Below are positions 11,431 to 24,100 of a DNA stretch of 44,449 nucleotides, piece after piece. Source of the stretch: Catajapyx aquilonaris (Eukaryota). The notes below the pieces were generated by a model. It did not search any database. It saw only the letters and a program-made list of their open reading frames with translations, and had not been told where the DNA came from. A program made the position numbers and the translations under genes. The stretch lies in contig KZ538851.1 of assembly GCA_000934665.2 (NCBI GenBank), positions 1 to 44,449 of the forward strand. Reading direction: 5' to 3'. Within the stretch, counting starts at the first letter, position 1; each line of letters begins with the position of its first letter.

Positions 11431-13236
11431 ATGGGGGACGAAGAGCCACATGTGGATAGCTGCGTGGAAGAGGAGGAGGTGGCCACAGACATTGCAGAAA
11501 AACTGGAGGAAATGCATGTGACAGATCAAGGAGAGGTGTACGATACAAGAAGGTAATGTTGTTGCATCATCATACATTCAGCAGTTGGATTTTGTATTAA
11601 ACTCTTTGTTTTTGTATCTTTATATGCATTCAAAGATTGGCAATAGTTGCCATAATTATCTGATTTGTTTTAAAATTGAGGCAATGTAATTAATATATTA
11701 CCGCAAACCTTAATACTGTAATGTTTCGCCCAGGTATTACATTCCCAGCAACTAATTTTATGCAGTTGGTTACAGTTTGCCCACCGTCACAAGTACGTTA
11801 AGATGGTTGAGGCAGACGTTCCGGAATCAATTCTTCCACCTGGATACACTGGCACCTTGATCGACGTTAAGGTGGGCGGGAAAGGTGGCCCAGACGATCG
11901 TATTTACAACCAACATGAGGAGCTGAGGGACAAGATAGCCCGGGGAAATTGCTTACTGCGATTGCACCATGGAGGCAAGACGTGGACCACATTTCTGGTG
12001 TATGCCCTGAAAAAGTTCACTGGTGGGATGGGCGATGAGGACAATTCATGCAACACTGATGATCAGGTCTGGAGGCGCTACTTTTTGGGAGAGGTTGATG
12101 ATGCTGAGACAATTGTGTGTACCCAGAAGGCAAATGGTGAGGCAGCACATTTCAGTGCATGCAAAGTTGGAGATAAGACACTAATCTGCACAGGATCAAA
12201 AAATGTGCACATGCTCTTGTCGTGTCGGGATGACATTGAGAAGTACAGTGAAGGCCGGTACAACATTGCACGAGTTGTGGCTAAAACTGTTATGGATGTT
12301 ATAGAAGATATTGGAAAGAAGCGTCGCCAGCGCCTGTTGAAGTTTTTGTTGTCAAACCGGTACACTGGTGTATGTGAGGTGCTACAACCAACTCATCAAC
12401 ATGTGGAAAACCTCTCATATCTAACCCAGCCTGAGCTTCGGTTTGTTGCTTGGACCAAACCGTATGTGAGCAATGACAAATCATTTTGTGCAGTTCCTGC
12501 ACATGAAGGAATTGACAAAGCACGTTCATTTGGCCTGAAGACAGTTGATTATAAGATCATACCAGCATACAAGGCAGAAGACGAAATGAACTCCATACGA
12601 AAGCACTATGGGTATGAAGGCAAGGTGTTGTACTTCCTGGATTCACATGATAATGTGCTTGGGCTGGTGAAGAAGAAGACTGCATGGTATGTGTTGTCTA
12701 GAGCCATACGTGAGAAATCCTGCACAGCCTTGGGGAAGAAGGGTGGAGGGAGTGAGGAGTCAGGGAAAAAAGTGAAGAAGAGAGTGAAGGAGATCCAATC
12801 CTGGCTGCAGTTCTCATCAGCCTTTGGCAATGCCTGGGCAGTAAGTAAAAGTTTAACAAGTTTAGCATGTCATATCAAATCATTAAGAGATCCTTAGTAA
12901 TTTCTGGTATTTTTCGAAAAGCTAGGTTGCTCAAAAGTTACTTAGTTCTACTGAGAATCATTGAGCCATGTAAAAATTGTTGCAGAGCATGTGGGATGTT
13001 GGCAAAATAATGTAAAAATTGTTGCAGAGCATGTGGGATGTTGGCAAAATAATGTAAAAATTAATTTCAATCCATGTGTTCAACAGGAGCTTGGTGCTGG
13101 ATATATCAGGTGGCTTCTCAGTCAGAAGAGGCGGAACAAATTTGACGGTGATCCCCGGTCCATGTTTCCAATTCTCTGGGCAAGATACCTGGCGGAAGAA
13201 GACAAGTCTGATAAATTTGATTGGGATATCGCATAA
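11431..13236 (+). CDS. Stand-alone ATP-dependent 5'-3' RNA ligase-like protein (Trl1/Rnl1 adenylyltransferase type), 448 aa, 3 coding exons
   Basis: Exons 11431-11552, 11766-12840 and 13087-13236 (GT-AG, phases 2/0, 1347 nt). Nucleotidyltransferase motifs occur in order: IARG, KKF, motif I KANG (12127-12138), Ia GSKN (SKN at 12196-12204), III GVCE (E at 12376), IV EGKV (12616), V KKK (12670), then WYVLSRAIRE. AATAAA at 13244-13249. The gene model is solid; the function is inferred from motifs. Confidence 0.8.
12968..13062. repeat. 42-bp tandem duplication (about 2.3 copies) in ligase intron 2
   Basis: ATGTAAAAATTGTTGCAGAGCATGTGGGATGTTGGCAAAATA is repeated exactly at 12968 and 13010, with a partial third copy at 13052. 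Confidence 0.95.
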
Positions 13237-15159
13237 TAATGACAATAAATTAATGAAAAGTTCATGTTTAATGAGTTCTGTGAAAACTAGTCATCAATGC
13301 TAAAATTGCTGATTAACATATTTTTGCTACTTGAAACAAACTGGTCTAAATAAAATATACCATGATGAATGAAAGCGTTTGATATCACCATGTAACAAAG
13401 GACCATTCCAACAACAATAATTCCCAACACAATAATTTAAACTTGGCACTACAAATTATGTATTATCAGGAATGTTTTGATGGCTACTGAATTTTGGTGT
13501 GATGATTATTGAGACATACAGTATTTATTTAAGGGAATGGCCTTCCAAACTATGGCACCAACTGTTAATGACTGATAGGTTGCAATAAAAGATCTATGCC
13601 TCAGTACTGTAGCTCCACTTTACAGAATCAGGCCAATATTGAACTTGCTGTGAACATGAATTTCTAATGTAGACTTTCGAAACAGGATGTTTTTAAAATC
13701 TTGCAGCAATGTGAGTAGCTTTGTATATTAGCACATGTAGGGGTGTGTGTGTGTGTGTTTTTTTGGTCCTGCTGAAGTTAGCAGAACCTTTCAGCGATAA
13801 TTGGTGTCTTTAACCATGGTATGCCACAGAAAGAGTTTGGCAAACCCTTGCTGGAGCAGAAGGATGTTTTTAGCCGAGCCTACCAGGACAAAAATCTTGC
13901 CCAATGAGGACGCTCCTAAATGCACCAGTGCGCCAACTGGTGTGCCTGGCCTGTTCCCCTCCGGTACGGCTACCAATGACATCAGGGCTTGGATTAAAGG
14001 AGCGTTTTTTGGTATGCACCGGTAACAAATGGCGAAGGAACGCCCGAAGTAGTCTAGTTTCACATACTCATAACCAGTCGTGGGACTCGCCATGTTGGAT
14101 TGACAGGACGAACCATATCCTCTAGCCCGGTGCGACCGGTACCCTACCGGTGATGTCATACATGATGTTGCCTTTGCTACGAGTCGGCGGACCTGAGAAT
14201 TTAGGAACGATTCCGGTCGCATCGGTTGGCTACCGGCGCATTTAGGAATGTCCTCATTGTGTTGTTCTCCTGGGTATCCTGTTTGCTCTGACAAGTTAGC
14301 TGTTGCTCTCTGCCTCTCTGGAGTGGATTTCACTGATTTCCCAGAGGCCGTGAAAATGAAAACACAGTTTTACACGGCCTTTCTGGGGTGGGGAAGCGCA
14401 GTTTTCTCTCTCTCTCTCTTGTCGAGTCAAATGCTGCTGCTTTCCTTTCCTGGCCTCTGGCAGGTGTACTCATGTTGGCAGTAGGTGTTGATGGTGGACA
14501 GCAATTCTATGACTTCCACCTGTCTGACAATCTTGTAGCATCTTAAGGAAAGTACCACCACCAAGTAAGTACGGCAAGAAAGGAAAAATAAGTGGCACTT
14601 CATTTTCCATGTTGCAACTGATACAGTCATGTGCACTCTTAGACCAAAGTTTTCAACCACAGCTGGATATTGCATGTATGCATATGCAGTTCTACTTGAA
14701 ATAAGATGATAAAAACTGTACTTCAAAAATGACTACCATTATCACAATGAAATGAAAATTAACATTCTCTTCTAAGTAATGCAACATTGGCCAAAACATA
14801 GACGTTTTGCTCAGAACAATGCTTTCATACACCAACTCCATCTTAACATTTCTCAGAGATGAGTTTTCAGTTCTATGCAATAAAATATGGTGTAGGTTTA
14901 TTTTAAATCAACATCCATTTATTCTCATAATTATGAATAAGGTTTTATTTGTTGCTCACAAAAAATAATTAAAATGCCAACAATGGAATGCCTACTCCAT
15001 CTCATTATAGATAAAATTCCATTGGTTAATCCCACAAGTAGTCAATACTGCTTATTACTCTGTAATAGCCATAAACAAGACTAGTAGAAGACCAGCTTCA
15101 TTAAGACAACAACAACAATACTGATTAGCAGGCAACAATGTTCTTTTTCATTACATGCC

Positions 15160-18100
15160 TCAACAATCGACACCCTTCCCCATCCCGCTCCACCTGTCTG
15201 GCACCAGCAGGAAGTATCGGTCCATCGCTTCGCAGAAGCGGGCTTGGTACATCTCTGGGTCCACTACTGTTGGTAGCTTTCCCTGACCTCCTAGGATGCC
15301 GTAAGTCTTCACAAATTGTTCCAGACGTTTGTCCCATGTGAATGTGCGAATGTAGTCTGCAAATACGAGTAATTTCAATAACTTAGATATTTCTACTTGA
15401 TAAACTACTACAAAATTGAATTACAGCTTCCATGTTACTAGCAAATGTGGCTGTTTATTCCCAAAAAATTCAACTCATGCAATCAGTTTAAAGCAGAGGT
15501 CTCAAACTCAATTTGGTAGAGGGCCACATCTGCTTGGGTGAACTTTAGTAAGGGCCACACTTTTACCAGTGGCGCAATATTCGTACTAAAGCCTAATCGT
15601 GTCAAAGTGTAACTAGAACCTATACTGCAATATACACAACACAGGAACTTAAAAATAAATAGCTGAAGTGCTTGAAAGTTACATGATCAAATTTCATATG
15701 TGACAGTTTGTGTTTTACATTTTGTCTGGAAGTCTGACATCACGTGTATCGGGCAAGTCATTACAGAACCTCATCAGATAATCACGATCTTCTAGGTTCT
15801 CGTTAACATTCATCATTGAAAGTAACTGCTCACACAAGTATGTGTTACCAAACATTGCAAGGTACAGTACTATATCGCTCAAAAACATAAAGAGACAATT
15901 TTGATATATGTTTTTGAGCGATATATTGTAGTACCTCACATCAAATTGTTTCATATTAGGGAATTGCCAGGCAAATAATTATGTGCAAAACTTTGAAATC
16001 CCAACAATCTTTGTAGGTCTACTTGTTCCTGAGAGCAGAGTTTACACTGGATTTCAATGGACTCCATCTGAACCTAATCACTTTCCTGACTGACATCATA
16101 TGAGAATGGAGAAGCAAACAGCTGAAAATCTTTCACACACAATTTGAAAGAATCTCATTTCAAATTCAGTAATTAAAATTGTTTAAAAAAAATAAGCATT
16201 GAAATTAGGTTCAAGTCCTTGTGCACATGACATTTGAGAATCTCAGAAGCATTCCAGATTTCTTCACTGAACCCATGCTGGCATAGCCATGTACCGGCAT
16301 ATAAAGGAATTTGTTCCATCACAAAATTGTCAACTTGTTGGATTAGGGCCATGGGCGCAAATAAGCTGCCTGCGGGCCACACGTTTGAGACCTCTCGTTT
16401 AAAGCAAATCAACAATCACAACAATGTTCCTTCCAACGTTGCTTCCAATATTATAATAGTTGCATCTTTTTAAGTTGGTTGCTAGGACTAACAATTCGCA
16501 AGTTTCCCCCGTTTCCTTCTTGATCTAGGAACAGTTCATTATGCTGTGTACCTTATCTACTAGCAAATTGTAGTGTTTCTGTCCACCACATTGACTTGGT
16601 AAATGTTGTATCATGAATCACCTGATCTATTCAAACATTGTAATGAGACAGTCAAACTGAGGAGAAACTTCTCTAACTACGTGCAAGAACATAACTCCCA
16701 TAATGAATTTAAAATGTGGAAAATGTTACTTTCCATGATCTTGCCACATCATCAATTCATAAAAGTCCATGAACAAAATTGATGGTTGAGAAAACCAGTT
16801 ACCTATGATGCCAACCACCAGTTCCTTGTTATCCTCATCCAACCCAACCAGCAGGGAGTAGTCCATCACCATCTGCGAGGCCAGGAAGGCAGCATCTTTG
16901 TGTAGGGCCATGGAGAGCACCGTCTTAGAATGGGGGCGGATGTACAAAGGAGACTCACAAACCACTATTGAGAGAAGAAAACTGTCATGTAAAGCATATC
17001 CCAAATATGTTCAGGTTAATACATTTTGAGGATCTAAATATAGCCAGCTTACGCTTAAGTAGGTTCTCATCAAGCAATACAAGTTCTCCCTCTTGCTGCT
17101 GCTTCCCCCCAGTGTGCACCATCCTATTGCGCACTGATCCCTTAAGGTCAAATTTCTGGGTAACGTTGCGCCCATAAAATAGGTTCTCCATGATGAGCAC
17201 ATCCATCTTGGAAGCTGCATTAGTGGAACTGTTCTTGAATCCAATACGATACACGCCCAGTATCTTGGCCAGTGCAGTTGTGGAGCCTGCTGTTCCACTT
17301 GCCATGTACTTGAAGTAGTTGGGAGCAAAGTCAACAAAAGACTGAATCTCAAAGCGGGACATCTGCTTCAGGATGAGTCGGTCATCGAATGTCTTGCAGA
17401 AAGTTGACCCTGACTTTCCTCCCCTTGCTGCCCATGGGAAGCACCTCTGAAGAGATCTGTGGGATGATTTGGTGTTTTCAAAGTGAAAAAAGTCTCAAAA
17501 TTTTGTAAGTCTCTCTGAGCATCTTCTGGTACATAGTTGCTTTGCATTCAAGTTAAATGCTCTTTCTTCATGTACACTATAATGATTAATGAGATCCCTG
17601 CACATCCAATACATATCTCTTGCCTACTTACACAATTATTCTTCATTACCAATAATTAGAATTTCAGGTAATGTGATATGACTTATGTACTGATACTGCA
17701 ATCACAATCAACTGCAGTAATGACATCACAAAAAACTGCAGTTGGAGAATGTCTTGATGTTTCACTATATTATCATAATGTATGCCATGATTGTTGGTAT
17801 TAAGAAGTTCAGTTTAGTTTATTTACCTCGGTAGGCTTAATGCCTTTACATGGGGGAGCTCCCCTGAATATTTACATTAATTAAATTCTCTCACTTATTT
17901 ACCTTACATGTGGTTATTTCACTCTTGTAGTAATAAAATATACAGTTTTATTTCGAGGAACATCAAATGAAAACTAGATGGGGGGTATTAAGGAGTAAAA
18001 ACTAACCTGACATAACCCTCTTCTCCCTCTGGAATCAAGCAGCGTCGGCGCATCTGCCGGAACTGTTCTGCATAGTACACCCGGCAGTAGAACTTGGCTG

Positions 18101-21100
18101 TTGGGCAAAGGAATTGCAGTTCTATGTGGTGATCAGGGTTCTTCAATGCAGGGCTGCTGTTCACATTGTTTGAGGCAGGCTGGTTGACAGGATTGCCAGG
18201 AGAGGCTGATGAAGTGTCCGAAACTGGTTCATCCCGGAGGTCAGAATCCCATCCATCTGCTTGTTGTGGAGCCTGTTGTGGTGGGGCATTCAAGAGGTTC
18301 TGCTTTTCACCCCGACGAAAAGATAAGAGAGGCTTGCGGGTTGACTCAGTTGAAGATTCCATTGATGACTGCAGGGAAGACTCCTTGTCTGATGATGATT
18401 TATGGCCCCTGCGCTTTGGAAGTGGACTAATTCCACTCTCCTTGCCCTGCCCACCCCCTCCAACAACACTTCCTATTGCTGCTGTGTTGGCCAGAATTTG
18501 TGCTTGAATATCATGAAGCTGCCTCTCATAGTCAGCTGAGCACAGGGCAAATGCAATAATGGAGGTGGGTTCACCCTCATACACCACTACTGGCACTGTT
18601 GTGGTTGGAAGATAAATATAATGCTCCCCAGCATCTAAAGGGCAGGTGAGTGGTCCAGATGGAGCAGTAGACAGCAACTGGGTCAGCAATGTCTTCACCC
18701 CTCCTTGCATTCTTCTCTCTTGCTGGCCTATCCTTGAGTCACCAGCATCCTCTATTTTGCACTGTTGCAGACGGCCATCTCCGTCTGAATGTGATCGCTC
18801 ATGGCCACGGGCAGGAGACCCTGAAGAGTGTCGGCTGCGGGAAGGGGCCACCAAAACTGACTCAGTCTCTGGCTCACTGTTGGGGACACTGTCATCGCTT
18901 ATGACAGGATCACTCTCCACTCGTGGTATTGACAAAGGAGGATAACTGGCCATCCTGGCACGTTTCTGCTCAGGGGTGCCAATGGGAGGCAGGGGATCGG
19001 ATTCTGGTTCATCAGTGGTAGTCTGAAAATATGGAATGATGGTAATGAAACTGCTTTCATACTTATACGGATAAACAAATAAATAAATAAACATAACTAG
19101 GACTGTTACCTATTACATCTCATTTATATCACTTATTTGTGTTGCATTATTATCACTAGGGGCTGGTTGCAAGAAGAATCATGAAACATCTGCAATTTAT
19201 TATGTATATTCACAATACATAATCCGACATTATTGGAGATTTCCTCCATAATTTGTGTTGAACAACAGGCCATCAGTGAGTACGTTTACATGGGACTAAA
19301 AATCGGCCTGACCCAGGCTTCCTAAGCAAGGCCATCATCGCCTTAGGTAGACCACCCGATCCAAAAGGCCTGGGCTGCGCCCGACAACGGATCAGTGAGG
19401 CCGGTCTATCATAGGCCCAGCGGCTACATGGGAGTAAACCGCCTAGCATAGGCTAGGCCAATTTTTAGTCCCATGTAAACGCACTCAGTGTCCATTATAC
19501 AATCTATTCACAATCACAGTAAGAATGTGGATTATGTAATAATCATATTTTACCTCAATGTTAATTATTGCTATCTAGAAATCTAATTATATCCACCACA
19601 ATTTATGGAAGAGCTCAGGAGCCATACTGCTGCTGAATTAATACAACAGGAAATGGTGATTCCATTTACAGCAGAGACTTTATGCTGATTTTCATTTGCA
19701 ACTGTTTTTTGCTCTTCAGTCATGAACATTAAAAACTGATTACTCTGCTGGAATCAGTGATTTTTAACAAATCATATGTGGCCTTGGGATTTGATTTGAC
19801 ACCAATGCCACTTGCAGTGAAGCTAATCTAAAAATGAAACAGCCCCTAATTAATCTACTATGGTTAGTCATATGAAAATGAGGCTTACGTATTATCAAGA
19901 ATATCAGATTTTACATACTCTTAAATTACAAATATCCAATTCATTTGACTTATGTATGGTAAGAGAGAAACAACAGTAGCCTAAGTAGATACATACATTC
20001 TCAGAATTGGGAATGGCAGTTGCAAAGACCTGAGACTTGGATGCGGTCCTTCCTTGCTTCTCTTCTCTTCTTCGCTGTAAGGACAGATCCTGGATATGCA
20101 TGTTCCAGTTGCATACAGCATCAGATATCATGTACCGGAGCTGCACAGCACAGTCTCCGATGTCCCACATCGCTTCCTGGAAGTCTGTCAAGCCGCGTCC
20201 AGAGCGATAGCAGGGAGAAGCAAGAGATGGAGAAAATGGTTGCGGGCAAGTTTCTGGGGGAAGATCATTGCCACTGGGTCGACAAGAACCTTTCTCCTGG
20301 GAGCCACTACTGTGATGGTGGTTGCGTTCCTGTGACACTGCTGGGGAAGTCAGTCTCATCTGCATCTCCTCTATCTTAGACCGGAACATAGCATGTTCAC
20401 CCTGGAGCTGGTCCAATAGTGCCGCTGAAAAAATGTTTGTTGCAAGCAACTCCTCAAATATTTACTGTAACTTAATACTGAACTCCCCTTAAAACCACTT
20501 GCACATTTTTAGTACTACATGTTTCACACACAAAAATGACATACCAATATACTTTTTATCCTGTGCATCCTCCTTGAGGTTGTGCAACCTCTCCTGAATT
20601 GCTCCAAATATTTCCACTCCCTTAACAGACAAGTCCCTCATCTCTACTGTCAGACTTTCCTTCGAGGCAGGATCTGATCTGAAGCTTATCGTGCAGGGTG
20701 GCAGGTTCACCTCCCATGTTGATATAGGAGAATATCTGTAAAAATATTGCAGGTGTTGTAGTGTCACATAAAAATAAATTTAAAAATACATTATGTTACA
20801 ATAAAACCAAAAATGAAGTGCATCTTAAGACTTTCAGAGTTTGCTATAATATTGACAGTACAGTAAATAATGAACTAGTTACTTTACGTACTTGAATGCA
20901 GCAACTATGTTCTTTTGCAGGAAGTATTGATAGTGCTCATAGTGCAAGGAATGTGGGCAGGAGAATTCAGCATCAGGAGCTGTTCTCCTGGTGTAGATTC
21001 CACCATGGAACCTCAGCTCTAAGTACTTGGCAAAAGACAAGGACCAGGCATCAATTGACAGTGGCAAGATAGGTGACACTTGAGCACATTGCCGGCACCA

Positions 21101-24100
21101 ACTCCAAGTCAGGATAGTTTCTCCTTGTGTGGCCACTCCTTCTAGGGATTTCATTGCAATGTGCACACATCCCCCATCATGAACAAAACGGCGCACATGG
21201 TTCAGCATTGGGGTGTCGCATGAAGCTGATGGACAAGCATATGATGGGCGGAAGCAAAACCGTTCCAGAAAGCAGCCTAAGGGAATGTCATTACGACCAT
21301 ACAGATCCATAGTGACAACCCAGGGGTTCACACAGAAGTATGGTGCATTTGGTGACACAGGGGAGTAACTGCAAAACAACACAGAGAAGCGCTGATGGTT
21401 CAATGGATCCAGAGCATCCACACGTCCATCCCATTTGCTCTCAGATGTTTTTGTGGTCGTGGCAACAACTCCATGATTTTCATGCTGGCTCAGCCGACCA
21501 CCTCTTGCTCGAAAATCTGCCAGCATGGCCTGTATCTCTGATGCATAGACAGGTATATTAAGTTGTGCTGACAAGAACTGGTGTGGTGGATTCATACGTG
21601 TGATGTAATTATTTTTTCCAACTGGCACACCAGGTAAAGCATTGTTGTCTGCTCTAGGTATTCTGCATTGCTCTTTCCCAAGGAACTGCTCTGACCAATA
21701 TATCTCTGCAGGTAGGTACTGACGTAGAACACAGCGCTTCCCAGCATCTGTCTCCAAATAAGGTACACTGTACTTAACATATGGAGAGATGCTGAGGGCA
21801 GTATCATCTAGAGCACGTCGAAAGCGATTTTCTGAAGGAAGTTCTGCCACACGTAGTGAAAGAGCAGCACCTGATGAAAGCATATCCTCCTGTGCTTGGT
21901 CACCCTGGAGGTACTGGTGAAGTGGGTCTGAGAAATCACTGACCTCCAGCATCTCACCCTTCTTCTCTGCTGCAGACACTGTGCAGTGTTGAGGAAGTTC
22001 TTAAACACAGAGCAATAAATTAACCATAATATCACGAAACATTTTCCACATTTGATAAACATGCCTCAAATGGTAAATTTTTGTTAGTTGATGTTACAAG
22101 TTTGTAAAGAAATGTCTTGAGATATCAAGAAGCTCACCTGCTGGTGTTGCTGATGTCATTTGTACCTTGGCATCAACTGGTGAGTTCTCTGCTGGCTCCT
22201 CATCAAATAATGTATCACCACTGGGAGGAGGCATTGCACACTCATCCATGAGAAATGACCTCTCTAACCGCCAATTATATGCAACAAATGTAAGAAAAGA
22301 GACTGCCCTCTTGACCTTCTGCAGTTCAGAGGTACTAGCCCCTCTCAATAACACGGTGCATCCTAAGTGGGCCGCACACCCCTCAAAAAACATAAGTGTC
22401 TTGGTCTTTCCTCCCCCAAGGTCAAACCCTTTCACAGAGAAGCGGTGGCACATTCCCAGCCTTGGGATCCCAACATGCGCGTCCAAGGAGGGAAGGACAT
22501 CTGCCTGGGTGCAACGGGACACCCTTTCCATGACACTGGCCTTTACATTCAGCACAAGGGTAACCCCATGCTCTCGCAAGTTATCTTGGGCAATTCGAGA
22601 CACTGTCTTCTCCACTAACAGGAGATCTGGCTTTAGGGCTAGTATGCGAGAGACAGCATTTTTCAAGTAGTCAGGTTCCTGAAATGGTAAATAGTTGTTA
22701 TTTTTCAAAAAGGAATATTGAATATATTTTTTGCATGTGTCATCTGGTTTATGATGAAGATCACACTGAGGCCTACTATACTTATACTTAGTCACAATAA
22801 AGACATCATGCTTCATAGTCGAGAACTTTTCATTTGCACGGCAGTGTATTTTGTGTTGGTGCAAACCAACAGATGAATGTGTTACAATGACAGGTAATGT
22901 CAGTGTGGTGAGTAAGATGCAGTATGATTGTGAGTAATAGTGACTCAAGTGGCAAGTCATGTACTGTACAGTGTGAGTTGAGAGAATGAGCTTAGTAGTT
23001 CCCAGCACATTCTACGACTGCAGTCTCAGCGATGAGGTAATGAAGAAATATAAGCAGGTCCACAGAGATAATGAAGAGGAAGATGGGTGAGTAAGTAAAA
23101 AGAGATGGATGGGGACAGCCAGTGAATTTGTGTGTCAAGATGGCAACAAGAGGACATCTCGGAAGGGATAAGGAAAGAAGGCAGTTGCAAGTACAGCCAG
23201 TGAGACACATTGAATAGTAGAGATAATATTGGGTTACAATAGATCAGACCACAGTCCTATAGAAGAAGGGTTTATAAAAAAGCCTCCAAAGCACCCTTGC
23301 CTCCATAATAATGCAGAGAGTGCCTCTAACTCAGTGGGGTCGGCCAAGACACACAACTCCCTAACCTTCATAACCCTAGTACTTCTCCTTACATCATCCC
23401 TGCTAATGTCATGCTACATTACTCTCTGGGAGCTAGTATTTCACAGTTGAAAGAAAATGAACTTAAATGAACAAGTGTGAAACTATACTTTAAATATGTA
23501 AATAGTTGTACAGTGAAATGAAAACAAAACCAGAAGACAGTACCGTAAGAGAGGGTTATTTCATCACAAGGAAAGGAAAAGTTTTTCTCAGACTACCATT
23601 AATTCAACAATCCACTAGCATCGATTTCATGATAGTGGACATTTGATACAGCAGATAGAAGCAAAAAAGCAGATGTGCCACATTTGTTGAGCTTCAACAG
23701 CAATTTGAAAATTGATGACAAATCGCTTCAAAAAAGCGAGCTGTAAACTTTCCAATCTGTACTAACAAAAGGTGCGCCTGAAGAATGAAATTATCATGTA
23801 CACATAAATTATTTGGTGTGCTGAGTCCTCTCTTACGGTAATAAAAAGTAACTACTCCACAGGCTAAATAATCAATTCACAGAACAATAGTGTTGTCCGA
23901 TTGACACTGCACCGGCTACACTCGGTGTAGGGAGGTGACGTCACAGTGCAGCGAGTGTGACCCAGCACTGGGGCCTCGAATCGGACACCTCCAGTGCAAC
24001 CCAAGATGGCCGACAGCAGGATTTCCACAGGATCGTGCACAGGATCGTGGGCACCTTGGCGGTTTGACCTTTTTTAGCTCTTTATAACGACGAGCAATTA

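Noticed and set aside
11308..11431. smORF-ligase fusion by read-through or programmed frameshift
   Set aside because: The two ORFs are out of frame, so stop read-through cannot fuse them. The ligase frame is open from 11308, but no convincing slippery site is visible.
13791..14333. 180-aa minus-strand ORF between the ligase and PIKfyve 3' ends
   Set aside because: No recognisable motif, non-ATG start and no splice support. The CpG-rich block looks like an unclassified repeat.
14464..14564. Exon-like segment on plus (CAG acceptor, GTAAGT donor)
   Set aside because: It has stops in all three frames and no partner exon was found; at most a non-coding exon.
18166..22670. Plus-strand ORFs overlapping PIKfyve exons
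   Set aside because: Antisense shadows of long coding exons with no independent motifs.
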